Origin: Balanoglossus misakiensis
Taxonomy: Eukaryota; Animalia; Hemichordata
Direction: 5' to 3'
Assembly (NCBI GenBank): GCA_040954595.2
Contig: CM082582.2
Coordinates: 2,092,303-2,156,302 of the forward strand
Length of the DNA stretch: 64,000 nucleotides
Shown here in pieces: positions 53,178 to 64,000 of this stretch. Numbering within the stretch: position 1 is the stretch's first letter; each line of letters opens with the position of its first letter. Both the position numbers and the translations under genes were made by a program. The notes under the pieces are model-generated. The model searched no databases and was not told where the DNA came from. It worked only from the letters and a program-made list of their open reading frames with translations.

Positions 53178-54474
53178 AGGCACGTAAGCTGCAACTGGAT
53201 AAAAAATGAAAGTTTTAAGATGGGTCCCCCGGATCTTTTTGCCCGTTGCTATGGGCCTTTGCAGGACATTACACCCCGATTTGGACTAAGCCGTTGTCAG
53301 AGTCTAACAAGGGGCTGGTAACTAGTTGAAAATCTGCACGATTGTGAGCGCGCGCCCCCTGACGCCATTGATATGCAAATTAGCTAGGTCAAATTTCAAA
53401 AGCCTAAGGCTTTTTATTCCGTGACCTCAAAAACAAACTTGATACGTATTCATTAGTTGCTTGAACCAGGGAAGATCGTGATGGATTTTGTTTTCGAATA
53501 TTACCGTTGTATCCTACGATTTCAGCATACCCGTACCACACCTGAAAAAGTCATCGATTTTGGGTGTTTTTGGACGCACTCTTCCACCGGTATCGCTTCT
53601 TAGCACGACGAAAATCGAAAAAACGATCCGTCACACTGTGCGGAAGTGCGTTCTCAACAAACAGGTCAAATTTGACTGGCATGCGTGGCCTATGAAAAAA
53701 GCCTTAGGGATTTTCGTGAACGGTACAAAATCTCTGTGTACAAAACATTGGATTTTTAGCGTTCGATCCAGTTACTGTGGTTACAGGACGCACACGCTAT
53801 CGCTGACCGCTGCTTTGCCGTATTAGCGTGGCGGCCTATGGCCGGGCGGTAGCTGCCATAAACATACTCGGACAAGGGGTGTGCACACAATCGTGTGTAT
53901 TTTTAGCTAGTTACAAGCCCCTTGTCGGACGTTCATAACGGTTTCGATTAAAATTGAGTGTAGTGTCCTATAAAGGCCCATAGCAACGAGCAAAAAGATA
54001 CGGGGGACCCATCTTAAATAATCTCATATATGCTTTTAATTATGTCTATTAAATGATATGTCATGATAATATATCAAGCTCAACACTTAGTTATGACAAA
54101 ATGGCCAAAAATTAAAGAAAAACGAAAATTCCTGCAATTTTAAAAAAAGTGCAATATTGCAATGAAAAATGAAAATCTGATTTCTGAGTGGTGTACATTC
54201 CATGAGCTCAAGTGGATGAGATCATGGTTAGTTTATGAAGTTTCATAACCTGAAATGCAACATTTTCATTGTTTCTTGCATTTTCCCATGGTTGCGCCAT
54301 AATCGCTTGCGGCAAAGCTTTATTATTTATCTGGTTAAAACTCGCATATGCACTCATATTTAGGGTTTATAATGCTTGTATTTAGTTCACTGCCTTCATC
54401 TGCATGGACTAATGGTAGTGCAGTTTGAAACAAAAATTATGAAAATTATCCCAAAAGTTACAGCTTACGTGCCT
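53178..54474. mobile_element. Kolobok-type non-autonomous transposon, TTAA TSD
   Basis: ttaa-aggcacgtaagctg ... cagcttacgtgcct-ttaa, with RR..YY termini. Confidence 0.88.
53219..54013. mobile_element. Kolobok-type element with ~115-bp imperfect TIRs, TTAA TSD, nested in 53178-54474
   Basis: ttaa-gatgggtcccccggatctttttgcccgttgctatgggccttt ... aaaggcccatagcaacgagcaaaaagatacgggggacccatc-ttaa. Confidence 0.9.
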
Positions 54475-55669
54475 TTAAGGACAGATTTTTTCAAGACAAA
54501 AGTCACAGTTTGAATAGAAAATTACCTGTCTATTACGGACACATTTTCCAGTCCCAGAGGTGTCCTGAATAGACAGGTTTCACTGTACTATTGAATTCTT
54601 TAACTTGATTTGAAAAACATACATGCTAATCTTACTTGGGGTACTGCTATGAACATGCCTACCAAATTTCAAAGCAATCTGAAAAGCATTTTTAATGAAA
54701 AGAAATTTTGATCAAAACGGCAAAAATTTCTCCAAAATTATAAGATAACAATTTTGCAGCAATTTAAACAAAACTTTGATAAGTTAGATCACCTATATGA
54801 AGCTCCATACTAAATTTCAAAGAAGTCGGCTGATCAATTCCAGAAAAGTAGATTTTTACCAAAAATGTGGAAAAAGACAAAAAATGCACAAAAAATAGAA
54901 AATTCATACTATCAGCTCAAAAAATACAGAGCTGTGTGAGGGTAATATAAGGTACTCTCGTACCAATTTTCAAATCAATATGACCAGGAGTTGTTGAGTT
55001 TCTGAGTTTTGACCAAATTACGGTTTTTCCCAGCTAATTTGCATATTTTTGGCAATGACAACTTCGTTTGAACAAACTCCCATCTAAGTCCCGGTATGCA
55101 TCTACACACCAAATATCGAGGTTATTGGCGCAACGGTTTTCAAGTTTTTGATGTGGACGGACATACAGACATACATCCATCTATCCGTCAATACATACAT
55201 ACAGACGCAACCAATCCCATAAGGTCCCACTGGTATATACCTATACAAATGGGACCTAAAAAAAACACAAAAAACGTCCTTGCTAGTTGATGTGGTACAA
55301 TTATATTATATCACTTCACAGCTGGTAGCCAAGGGCAGTGTTTGCACAGAGGAGTCTCCTGAATGTCTTCGCTCATTCACACCTCATCAGTGATAATGTC
55401 TGAATTACATTGACATGAAGCTGTTTGTTCAGTAGTGTTTCAACTGCCAGCCGCCTGGGTTCATTTTACACCCAAAACACTGAAAATATTGTAGCAGTCA
55501 ATAATATAACCTACACACCGTGTAAAATTCACCATGTTTTAAAGTTATGTTGATGTTTAATGTTTATTGTGACTTACAGGGCATGCAAGGCTAAAGCTTG
55601 TCCAAAGTTGACAAAGCAAAAGACCAGACCAGGTGCCTGTTTTAAAATGTGCTTCCTTCCAAGGACCTT

Positions 55670-56835
55670 GGTGATGAGTCATGATTTGGGGAACGTTCGG
55701 AGTTACTTATTTTCTTTTGGTATGTTTTACCATTTCTGTCAATGTCGTACGCCACCGCTCCTGGAAAAAAACATCTGCTCAAATGAACACACTTGTTCTA
55801 AAATGGGCAAAGAGCTATAGACGCGAAGTGCACCAGAGAACCGCGCAATTCCAGACAAGAGTGTTGTATGAGTTGATTACTCCAGAGGAGTTTAAGGCGT
55901 ATGAGAATTCGAAGATGGGGAGAAATACTTATAAGTAAGTTGCTTCTGCGAAAAAAGCTGAGTCCATTTCTGAAGACCAGTTTAAAATTATTAATGGGTA
56001 CATTCTTGTGTGCCTTTCGTGTGACTCCGCACAAAGGTCTGGAGCTTTGATTAATGTAACTGTGGAAGATTTTAAAAGAGCTGTTGAAACCAAAAAAGGA
56101 CATGTGGTTCTTGTCCCTCAGCATAAAACATCGAGTTCACATGGAGCAGCAAGACTAGGCTTTACAAAGCAGTTATTTCGTTTGGCAACCTTAATGGTGA
56201 GGGATGTTTTCCCTCGAACACAAGGCGGAGACTCTCCAACAAGGCCACTTTTTTCGCTCTACGAAGGAACAGGACATACAAACTCTTCTTTCGCCAGATT
56301 TTTGAATACATCATGGCGAAGAAGTGGGGTTTCAAAAAAACGACTTACAACAACAATTTGCAGGAAAAGTATGGTGACCATGGTTTTAATAAACAAACCC
56401 GAGATGTCAAAAGACCTTGCAAGCCATATGACGCACCAACAGGCAATCCAAGCTGCCTTTTACAGAATTTCCAACGCCGTAGAAGAAATATCAAATGTAC
56501 TGGAGGAGACGAGAGGATTAAGACAGGGTTAAACAGCCAATTCTTCTAAAGCCAAAACCATTGAAGGCAAAAGTCCTCCAAGGTCGCTCAGCTGTACCAG
56601 TGAAATGGAAGAGGGAGAAGACGAACCGGAATCAACTTGTACATCATACGTCTTTAGTGGAAGAAGAGCATTTACACCAGAACAGGTTTTGATGATCTAT
56701 TACAAATTCAAGAAGCAAATTGCTGCACACAAGATAACAGCTGCTGATGTCCGCAAAATGCTAGATGAAGATGAGCAGTTAAAGAAGAAACTGAAACAGA
56801 TTAATGATCGAGTAAGATGTTTTTATAGAAGATAG
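55670..56835 (+). mobile_element. Decayed tyrosine-recombinase gene (core-binding remnant, catalytic domain, C-terminal helical domain)
   Basis: ORF 56008-56532 has the R-K-xxR-H-Y order: AQRSG, HKT, TTICRK, LASHMTH, FY. The upstream VRSYLFSFGMFYHF and downstream RRAFTPEQ..QINDRVR lie in other frames, separated by frameshifts and a stop. Confidence 0.75.
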
Positions 56836-59800
56836 AAGATAGAAGCTCAAGACAAAGAAAAAAGAAATTGCAGACACAACATATATACATTCACAAACAA
56901 GTTAAACATGTTTGAACAAGTTAAACACACACATATACATACTGGCATTACATAGGCGTACACAAACATGTTCATTATTATTTTCCAGCTGAAAAGAAAA
57001 AGAGGACACAAAGAATAAAACCCATGTGTGTCTAATTACTGTATCCAAGGAATGCTTGCTGAATATTTTACGCACGCGCCGTTGGTACAGTAGTTGAATC
57101 ACACAAAATATCAGCTACGAAGAGAAATAAACACACAATGAAAACCTGAGAGAAGTTGAAAACCAAGAAAGAAGGGGAAAGGCAGAACAGCAATAAGGTA
57201 AGTTGTCATTGTGAATTATTGTATGTTACACTAATACATGATGTGTGTTTATCATAAATTACATAATTTGACCATAGAGCTAGATCTAGATAGGAGATGT
57301 ATAAATTGACCTATTTTGACCCTGTAGTTTATGGCATTAATGAGCGGGAAACAACTTCAATTTTTTTTCATCTAGTCTTGTGTCATGTCTTTAACAATTT
57401 CTGAAAATGTTATGCCTGAAAGCCTATGTTTTCATACCTTTACAACTTTTAACCTATGACACATGTTTTTTCCTGTGTTTAACCTAAGGCTTTTTTTCCT
57501 GTAATTTTTTTTGATGACTTCCTCTCTGAATATATTTTATATGAAGATACCCCAGAATAGAGATAATTTTTCTGTATTAACCCTGAAAAAACAGAACACA
57601 AGCTCCTTTTCTACTTGATTTTTGTTATGTGGGTCTTGAAAATTTAGTGTTTATACATAGTAATGTATGGAGGAAAAATGTTGGATTTTCAGGTAAGACA
57701 TACACAACTACTGACACACTTTGGTTGGGACTATTCTTAAAGTGTAACCGGTTTTGAAATCTCCAATAACAGCTCTAAAACATATTGAAAACCCGATGTA
57801 AAATCATTAAGAATAAATTTATAGTTGGGGCCACAATAAAGGGATGTAAAAGTAATGATTTCGCTTTAATTGCATGTTAAAGAATAGGAAAAATTAAAAC
57901 ATTAGAGACCCTATCCTAAAATGTACAATAAAGGAGCTTAAGAGCTGATTTTGTCAGGAATAATAGACATTTGAATTCCCTATTCTGGGGTACCTTAATA
58001 TTAAATAAATACAGACAAGAAGTAATAAAATAATTTTATGAACAAAATTGTTGTACCCCATAGGTATAACACAGTATAAAACAAGGTGTCATAGGAAAAA
58101 TTTTGGAAAGTATGAAAACATGTTGTTTAAAGCTTGTAATTTTCAGAGACTGTTGAGAACATGATGGGATACTACCTACATTTTTTTTTAAGTTGTGACA
58201 TGTACAATAATGCCATAAGCTATTGATACAAACCAGGCAATTCATAAATTTCACACAGAAAATATGCAAGTTTTAGGTAATGATTGCAATTCTACTGTAA
58301 CACTTGGAGTGGGTCTATCTAGGATTAGGATAATATACAGAGGAGTGTATGGTAGCAAGTATGTTTTACAACCCATATTCCTGTTTCTGAGAGTTACAAT
58401 TGACATGGGGGAAAAGTGTGAATGTCAGTTTCTGGCCACAAGAGGGCGCTGTCATTTTGGATCCATATCAAAAAATGGCCACCATGGGTCAATGCATAAG
58501 TGTACCAAGTTTCATGCTTTTAACCCAAAATGCACGATTTTTTGGTTAACTGCCCCACTAGAAGAAGACACTGCAGTAAATACTTAAAATAAAAATACTG
58601 AAAACAAAGTGAAAAGTTGTACAGCTAATGAAGCTTGAAATATGTTCAGACACAAGTAGAACAGGCAATCCAAACACATTATAAACATTGAGAAAAACAC
58701 CCAAAGTTACCTGTACTACGGTTATCTATGGGGGCCTGTTCTGGTCAAAATTGTAGTTTATTAATAAAACATGTTAGAATTAATTTTATAGAGCCTGGAA
58801 TTAATTTTACCAGTATATAGAATTATTTTTTTATGTGCTTTAATTTTTTTTTGTAGTCAAGCAGAATTAATTTTATGTGTTCTAAATAATTATTTTAGCT
58901 TATCTTTGTTAGAAATAATTTTGCCAACATCTCAAATTATGTTTACATGTAGACTCGAATTAATTACAGGTGTAGTGTCGAATTAATATCACGTGTTTAG
59001 TCGATTTAATTTCACGTGTTGTGTCGAATTAATTTTACGTTGTGTCGAATTAATATTGCCCTTACAATCCTGTGCGCGTAAATCAAGATGGCGGCAGCTG
59101 AGCATGTCTTTCTCGCTGCATAAAGATAAAAAAGGGGCTGTTGTACAAGTTGTGAGACGTTTTTGGGCGATTTGCTGTCCAATATAAATGCAGTGTGCTT
59201 GAAAACGGCGATCGGTGCACAAGTTATGGTCTACAGACGGAATTTTCCAGTCAATAAGCAATTGGGATAATCGCCAGCATTGCCTATGGCAATGCTATTC
59301 AGCTGTGGTGTGGAGGCATCGCCGGTATTGGTAAAGGCCGAGTTACACCATAAGGAGCTGCTAACATTAAGCACAAAAGTCCCCCTTTCTTTTCAATTTG
59401 TCAAATAGTGGCCTCAGATCACTATCCTGTGGTATAATTGTGGATCTTCTTGATAAATCTCTCCACAGACAGAATGTGTTTGATATCTGTGAAGGCACAT
59501 TTATTGTGATAACGACTCATTTCTTCAGACGAGACACACACGGACGTTGTGATAACGACACGTTGGTTACTTACGCACGGCAAACTGACGTTCAGTACGG
59601 TGTTAATACGCTATAAATTTTTTACGGCACAGGGTTGTACCGACACAGTCATAGGTATCCCGCAAGCTCTGCGGGCCCCATTGCACCATTTCGTCATGTT
59701 TCCCGAGTCGATCCCAAAACGCACTTTCCCAAACAGTGCTACCCACGAGTGCATCCGACATCGCTGGCCATCGAAAAGGTAGATACCCTATGTCGTTGTG

Positions 59801-60468
59801 GAACCGTCTGTTATAGTAAACAATGCATCGATGCCAAGTACGTTTTTGACGGACGCAAAAAAACGGTCTCCACAGGGTCGGGAATGACCGGCGGAATGTG
59901 CCTCTTAGGATAGTGTGCTCTTTGTAGTTCAAGGCAAAGAACCCTGTCGAGACTTTCCTGTCCTAACAGATATTGCCCTCAAAACGGTAGTTCAAAGTCA
60001 ACCCGTTATAGCGAAGCGCACGCAAACGCCTAGAGACTCCAGCGGGTCGGTGAATCATATCGATCCATACCGATTAGGTCATTCATCACTCGCCAACGTT
60101 CGACTTCTACCCACACCGGAAATCGGGTGCTCTGCTACGGACTCGACAGCGTTAGGGTTAATATTCACAATGGCCATTACTCATGTACAAGTTTTGTATA
60201 GAAGCTAAAGACTGAACATTTCATAAAGCTATCCATAGCAGAACAAGAAACTAGGGTTAATTTCTTCGCTGAAAAATACTGAAAAAAACAATGTTACTTG
60301 GGCTTTAGCAGTTAGCATTAATGTCACAAAATTTTACCATGACACTGTTGTATTATACCATTGATAGGGGAATACGAAAAGGGGAACTTGAATATTTTTT
60401 CCTCAGGTTTTGGCAAAGTATATTCAAACTAATGGTAAATGACTGCCATGGCAACATAACATATATGA

Positions 60469-60631
60469 CAGTCAAATCTGTGTTTGTGGCCACCTCTATT
60501 ATAGTGGCAACTTTGTTTCATTTCATGTACATGTACATTGCACATTAACTGACCTATCTATAGAAGCCACCTGTCTATAAATGCCAGTTTAGGAAAGTCC
60601 CTTGACTGGCCACTGTAGACAGGTTTGACTG
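60469..60631. mobile_element. Tc1/mariner-type MITE next to the exon donor
   Basis: cagtcaaatctgt...acaggtttgactg-ta, with internal ggccacct repeats. A related fragment lies at ~42120-42284. Confidence 0.75.
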
Positions 60632-60638
60632 TACCTAC

Positions 60639-60822
60639 CTCGTTGTGGCTTTGAATCTGTACCTGGCCATCTCTGCTGTGGCTGTGAGTTGATAGAATTC
60701 ACAGCAGCAATTTGTGGCATCTTACTGAACTGACTAGCATTTGCCATTTGCATGACACCCTCTGTGGCTTTCAGTGCAGCAGCTGGCACATGCTGGGAAG
60801 TCATCTTTGGTGGTGAAGTTGC
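60639..60822 (-). CDS. MED25: MED25 exon with SD1-like motif (184 nt, phase 0-1)
   Basis: tttttggacag|GCA ACT...CGA G|gtaggt. VPAAALKATEGVMQMAN resembles SD1 AAQVAAQNAVEAAKN (recalled). Confidence 0.75.
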
Positions 60823-61257
60823 CTGTCCAAAAAGGGTAACAAACCTAGTTAATATGAAGCATTATCAAGGCCAGTATTCAAAACCACATTTTTTACTTCA
60901 TGACTTCAATTTTTGAATCGATGTTGAGCTTACAACTCTCAAAGTCCCATTTTCAACACACATACTCACATTTGGAAGGGATCAGGTTTTAGGGCTTATC
61001 AACATTAATCACATTAAAAATTGAATTTGATTAATGAGTCTGTGGCATTATCCAAAGAGTCTTTCCATTTACAGAGTGGCTTTTTTGCAACCAAAACAGA
61101 AGTTTTGAATGTGTTTTGAAAATAAATAGTCTACTGTGTAGACACTGGTAAGACAAGGCTATGCGATACAGTCATAAAAAGCTTTCAATTCACAGGATGG
61201 GTAACTAGAAACAGCTAATTTGAATATCAAAAAGTAGAAGGTAGACCACAACTGTAC

Positions 61258-61520
61258 CTGGGTGGACAAAATTGTCTCATGGGGATACTTGAAACAGTCA
61301 CATTGGGTTGTTGAGTCCTGTTTGCTGTGACAGTGGATACTGGTTGGTTTGGTAAACTGGTAGGCTGGGAAAAAAGGCATTGATGACCTTTGACCTTGGC
61401 CCTGCATCTGGGGCTGACTTGGTTGAATCAGTTTCTGTTGAGAGGACGATAGTTGTTGTGGAGACTGACTTCCAATTTGACTTGGTCGTCCAGGTAACAT
61501 ATGAATTGTTGGTGTAGCAT
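61258..61520 (-). CDS. MED25: MED25 P/Q/S-rich linker exon (263 nt, phase 1-0)
   Basis: tttactgcag|AT GCT...ACC CAG|gtacag. The frame is open and phase-compatible with both neighbours. Confidence 0.65.
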
Positions 61521-61555
61521 CTGCAGTAAAAAGATCTACTTGATTTATTTATATA

Positions 61556-61746
61556 CTGTAAAACAGAAAATTTCTGTGACAGGAAATGTTCGCATAATCC
61601 TAAGAGACAGCTGTTATGCTACAATTAAATTTCGCATTCTCATATTTCACTAACTGCACCAATATCCCTGAAAAATATTTTTACATGACTTTTTAATTCG
61701 CATTTTTTGGTTCTCACGAAGTTCACAAAAATTTCCTGTAAGACAG
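61556..61746. mobile_element. Short MITE, TA-flanked CTG...CAG
   Basis: ta-ctgtaaaacagaaaattt...aaatttcctgtaagacag-ta. Confidence 0.65.
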
Positions 61747-62210
61747 TAATTCATCTATCACAAACACAGAAAATATGTCTAGTAGAAAGACTAGAAAAGG
61801 TGCAAATCACCTACACAAAGCCATGAGTCTCCTCAGAACAATGAGAAGTAAAGTGCCTTGCTCACGGACACAAAATTTCGGTCATGAAGTCACCATCCTC
61901 AGATAGAAAATCCACTGCAGGAAAAATTTCTGATGCACCTGGTCCTGCACATATTTCCTACTTTGAATACCCCATGATTCTCTGTTTCTCTGTTCATTCC
62001 ACGTGTGCATCTGATGAAGGGGACTACATGTCCCCGAAAACTCATGCTGTATTTTCAACTCGTTGATCACAGAGTGCTATATAACTTTAACTAATATTGT
62101 AGTGAAGATCAACATGGCAATATTCTACTATATCTCACACTTCACTTGGTGGTCTAATTATGTGCGGACTTAAATTGACAATGGCTGGGAAGCAACACTG
62201 GAGACTTTAC

Positions 62211-62881
62211 CTGGGGATGAACTTCCAACAGTTGATTAGTCTCGGTTACCCAGACGCCTTTGCTTCTTCCGATGCTCTCCAGAAAAGGGTCTGGGGAAAT
62301 TGGGGAAATGCTATTGAAAGCTTTGTAAAACAAAATGGCCGATGTCAGGATTTTGATCATCGCCTGATTGGCTGAGCTGTCAGTATGACCCGGGTCACCG
62401 CAATAGTTTCGACAATCGTCTACCAAAGATATTTCGTATAATTTCTCCAACAATGCTAACAGAGGACGCCTTTTGCCTTTCGCATCAACCAACAAGTACC
62501 GGTCTCTTGATATGAAGAGACGACAAAAAATCACACATTGTTGAGAGTCAGTGACCCGGGTCATACTGACAGCTCAGCCAATCAGGCGATGATCAAAATC
62601 CTGACATCGGCCATTTTGTTTTACAAAGCTTTCAATAGCATTTCCCCAGACCCTTTTCTGGAGAGCATCGGAAGAAGCAAAGGCATCTGGGTAACCGAGA
62701 CTAACATTTGATTTGAGAGGATTTGAGGTCATACTGGAGGTAGATGCTGTAAACATGGTAACTGTTGATGCAGGTTTCAGTGGCTGTGTTGTGGTAGTGG
62801 TTGTAGACACTGAAGTGGTTGCTATGGTTGTAGGTTTCACTATGGCAACCTCTTTTGTATCACCACTGGACACCGATTTTT
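62211..62881 (-). pseudogene. MED25: MED25 S/T-rich exon split by a 467-bp MITE (halves 62704-62881 and 62211-62236)
   Basis: The acceptor is gtgtttcag| (phase 1). Removing 62237-62703 gives ...LKSNVSTVGSSSP g|gtaaag, phase 1, which matches the next exon. Confidence 0.75.
62237..62703. mobile_element. MITE with ~153-bp near-perfect TIRs and TAG...CTA termini
   Basis: Arms are 62237-62398 and 62551-62703. They differ by a 9-bp duplication (tggggaaat) and about one substitution. The same peptide SLGYPDAFASSDALQKRVWG appears on both strands in the ORF track. Confidence 0.95.
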
Positions 62882-63415
62882 CTGAAACACAAAATTGGAG
62901 GATTATACAGTTGATGTGAAATTCTGATGTGGAATCACACAATGTCACTAAACTTGCCTTGAACCTGTACCAGTGTTTCATCCAGGATGTAGCCAAGGAA
63001 ATTGATTGCCCACCTACCAACAATTTTCAGGAGGATGTGTAATTAATTGGCCAGGCATTGACATGATGGGAAATAATAGGCTGGCTTGTGAAAGTACTGC
63101 AACAGAATACACTGCATCACTCGCGACAATAACTTCCATAAGCCTCAGATCGTGTGCAGAGGTCATGAAGTTCTGTCATATTTAGTATTAGCCAACCAGG
63201 AGCGCATAATAATACGTGATGTGTAATAAATATTAATAAATATATTACAACCATTTTATTGAAGTACCAATTTAGAGTAATGAAAATCTTAACAAACCAC
63301 AAAATGATGAATTGGTTGTAAATGACCACGTAAACAAGTCATATATTTGACCAGTGAACTTTAGAATCTAGATCATGGTATGATTGCAAATATTTGCGTA
63401 GCAACAGATACCTAC

Positions 63416-63569
63416 CTGCAAGTTGATAACCTTTGAGAAGTATCATGTGGTGTGGATCAGCCGCATAATCCTTCATTGGTACCATCTGTACTTCACCATA
63501 TGCTTTGAAGTTAAGTTTTTGGAGTTCAGGCAGTTTGCGGGGTGATATGATTGAGAAATGGACTCCTCT
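63416..63569 (-). CDS. MED25: MED25 exon, C-terminal part of VWA domain (154 nt, phase 0-1)
   Basis: ttttcacag|AGA...GCA G|gtaggt. It encodes RGVHFSIISPRKLPELQKLNFKAYGEVQMVPMKDYAADPHHMILLKGYQLA, resembling vertebrate MED25 RGIHFSIVSPRKLP..DPRHMVLVRG (recalled). Confidence 0.9.
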
Positions 63570-63841
63570 CTGTGAAAATACAACATTTGCTAAGAATCGA
63601 AATTTGGCATTCACATGTGAAGTCGTTAATGATGCGACAACTACAATTCAAACTTAAAAACAAAAGAGTTTTTGAGACTTGAGTTGTTGTCATCTTTTTG
63701 AAGACAATCCGAACATTGGGCATTCCTTATCTTTACTGAAAATTTAGTTGCCCCAGCAAATATACAAGTTCAATTTAATAATCACATACATACTAGAAAA
63801 TGTTCCCAAAACGATGCATTTAGATGTAAAACACATTTCAA

Positions 63842-64000
63842 CCCTTACGAAAAAGGTTCTATAGAACTCTATAGACCTCTATAGAAACGTGTAGAATTCA
63901 ATAGAAAATCAATAGAATATTATTTTCTATAGAATTATACAGATGATTTCCATTAAACTAGCCGTCAATAGATTTTCTATTGAAAATATTACCTAGCATG
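63842..64000. mobile_element. Terminus of a CCC-starting DNA element with subterminal ctataga repeats
   Basis: cccttacgaaaaagg is followed by repeated tctataga/aataga motifs and runs off the window. Confidence 0.45.

Larger units (their letters stand above)
53125..54585. mobile_element. Tc1/mariner MITE (TA TSD) interrupted by Kolobok insertions
   Basis: ta-tagtgaaagctgtc..ggacacctctcta[ttaa]ggaca..gacaggtttcactg-ta. Confidence 0.85.
52860..55258 (+). repeat. Helentron/DINE-like repeat hosting three nested insertions
   Basis: Rejoining 53122 to 54586 restores aaaaatatactattgaattc as seen at ~29772. The element ends ataaggtccca...tgggacct. Confidence 0.8.
34447..63569 (-). pseudogene. MED25: Mediator complex subunit 25 homologue, multi-exon, apparently inactivated; 5' exons lie beyond the window
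   Basis: Collinear exons encode the VWA end (RGVHFSIISPRKLP..DPHHMILLKG), SD1-like AALKATEGVMQMAN, ACID/PTOV (VTRSVAC..W..KLVMRLIPQQLL; F.NSRTVEFQF..RIMSGGF), an LxxLL box (NQQLSHLLQ) and an acidic-hydrophobic C-terminus (DD..FFDILNQ*). At least five lesions are listed under the individual exons. Confidence 0.85.

Noticed and set aside
59603-59932. Weak GHS..C.DR.F (Sola-like), GIY and CxC motifs
   Set aside because: The matches are too short, lie in different frames, and have no supporting downstream motifs.
61790-62070. Additional MED25 exon
   Set aside because: The flanking exons already join in phase. Part of it (gtgtccgtgagcaaggcactttac on the minus strand) looks like a SINE fragment.
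62154-62564. ORFs of 136 aa and 71 aa with a duplicated peptide on both strands
   Set aside because: They result from the MITE inverted repeats.

Overview
This is AT-rich animal genomic DNA, not prokaryotic. The spliced exons and repeat repertoire suggest a marine invertebrate (inference). (1) Bases ~185-20044 are a 116-bp satellite array of roughly 170-175 monomers with block duplications. It sits inside one unit of a larger ~830-900-bp tandem repeat (1-184 and 20045-23520), whose unit is homologous to a dispersed Helentron/DINE-like repeat at ~34.9-35.1 kb. (2) A second small array (5 x 139 bp) and interspersed repeats follow. (3) The minus strand from 63569 down to 34447 carries exons of a Mediator subunit MED25 homologue (end of VWA, SD1, ACID/PTOV first half, Q-rich tail with LxxLL). 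It has several apparent lesions: a MITE inside an exon, two broken acceptors, a frameshift, a nonsense codon and missing exons, so it is most likely a pseudogene or decayed duplicate. (4) Its introns hold foreign cbEGF exons and many mobile elements. These include piggyBac, Kolobok, Tc1/mariner MITEs in a four-level nest, L1/Tx1 inside an L2 tail, a decayed tyrosine-recombinase gene, and a decayed Academ/DUF6589-like transposase fused to an OTU protease domain. All family calls are by eye and from recalled motifs; no database search was run.
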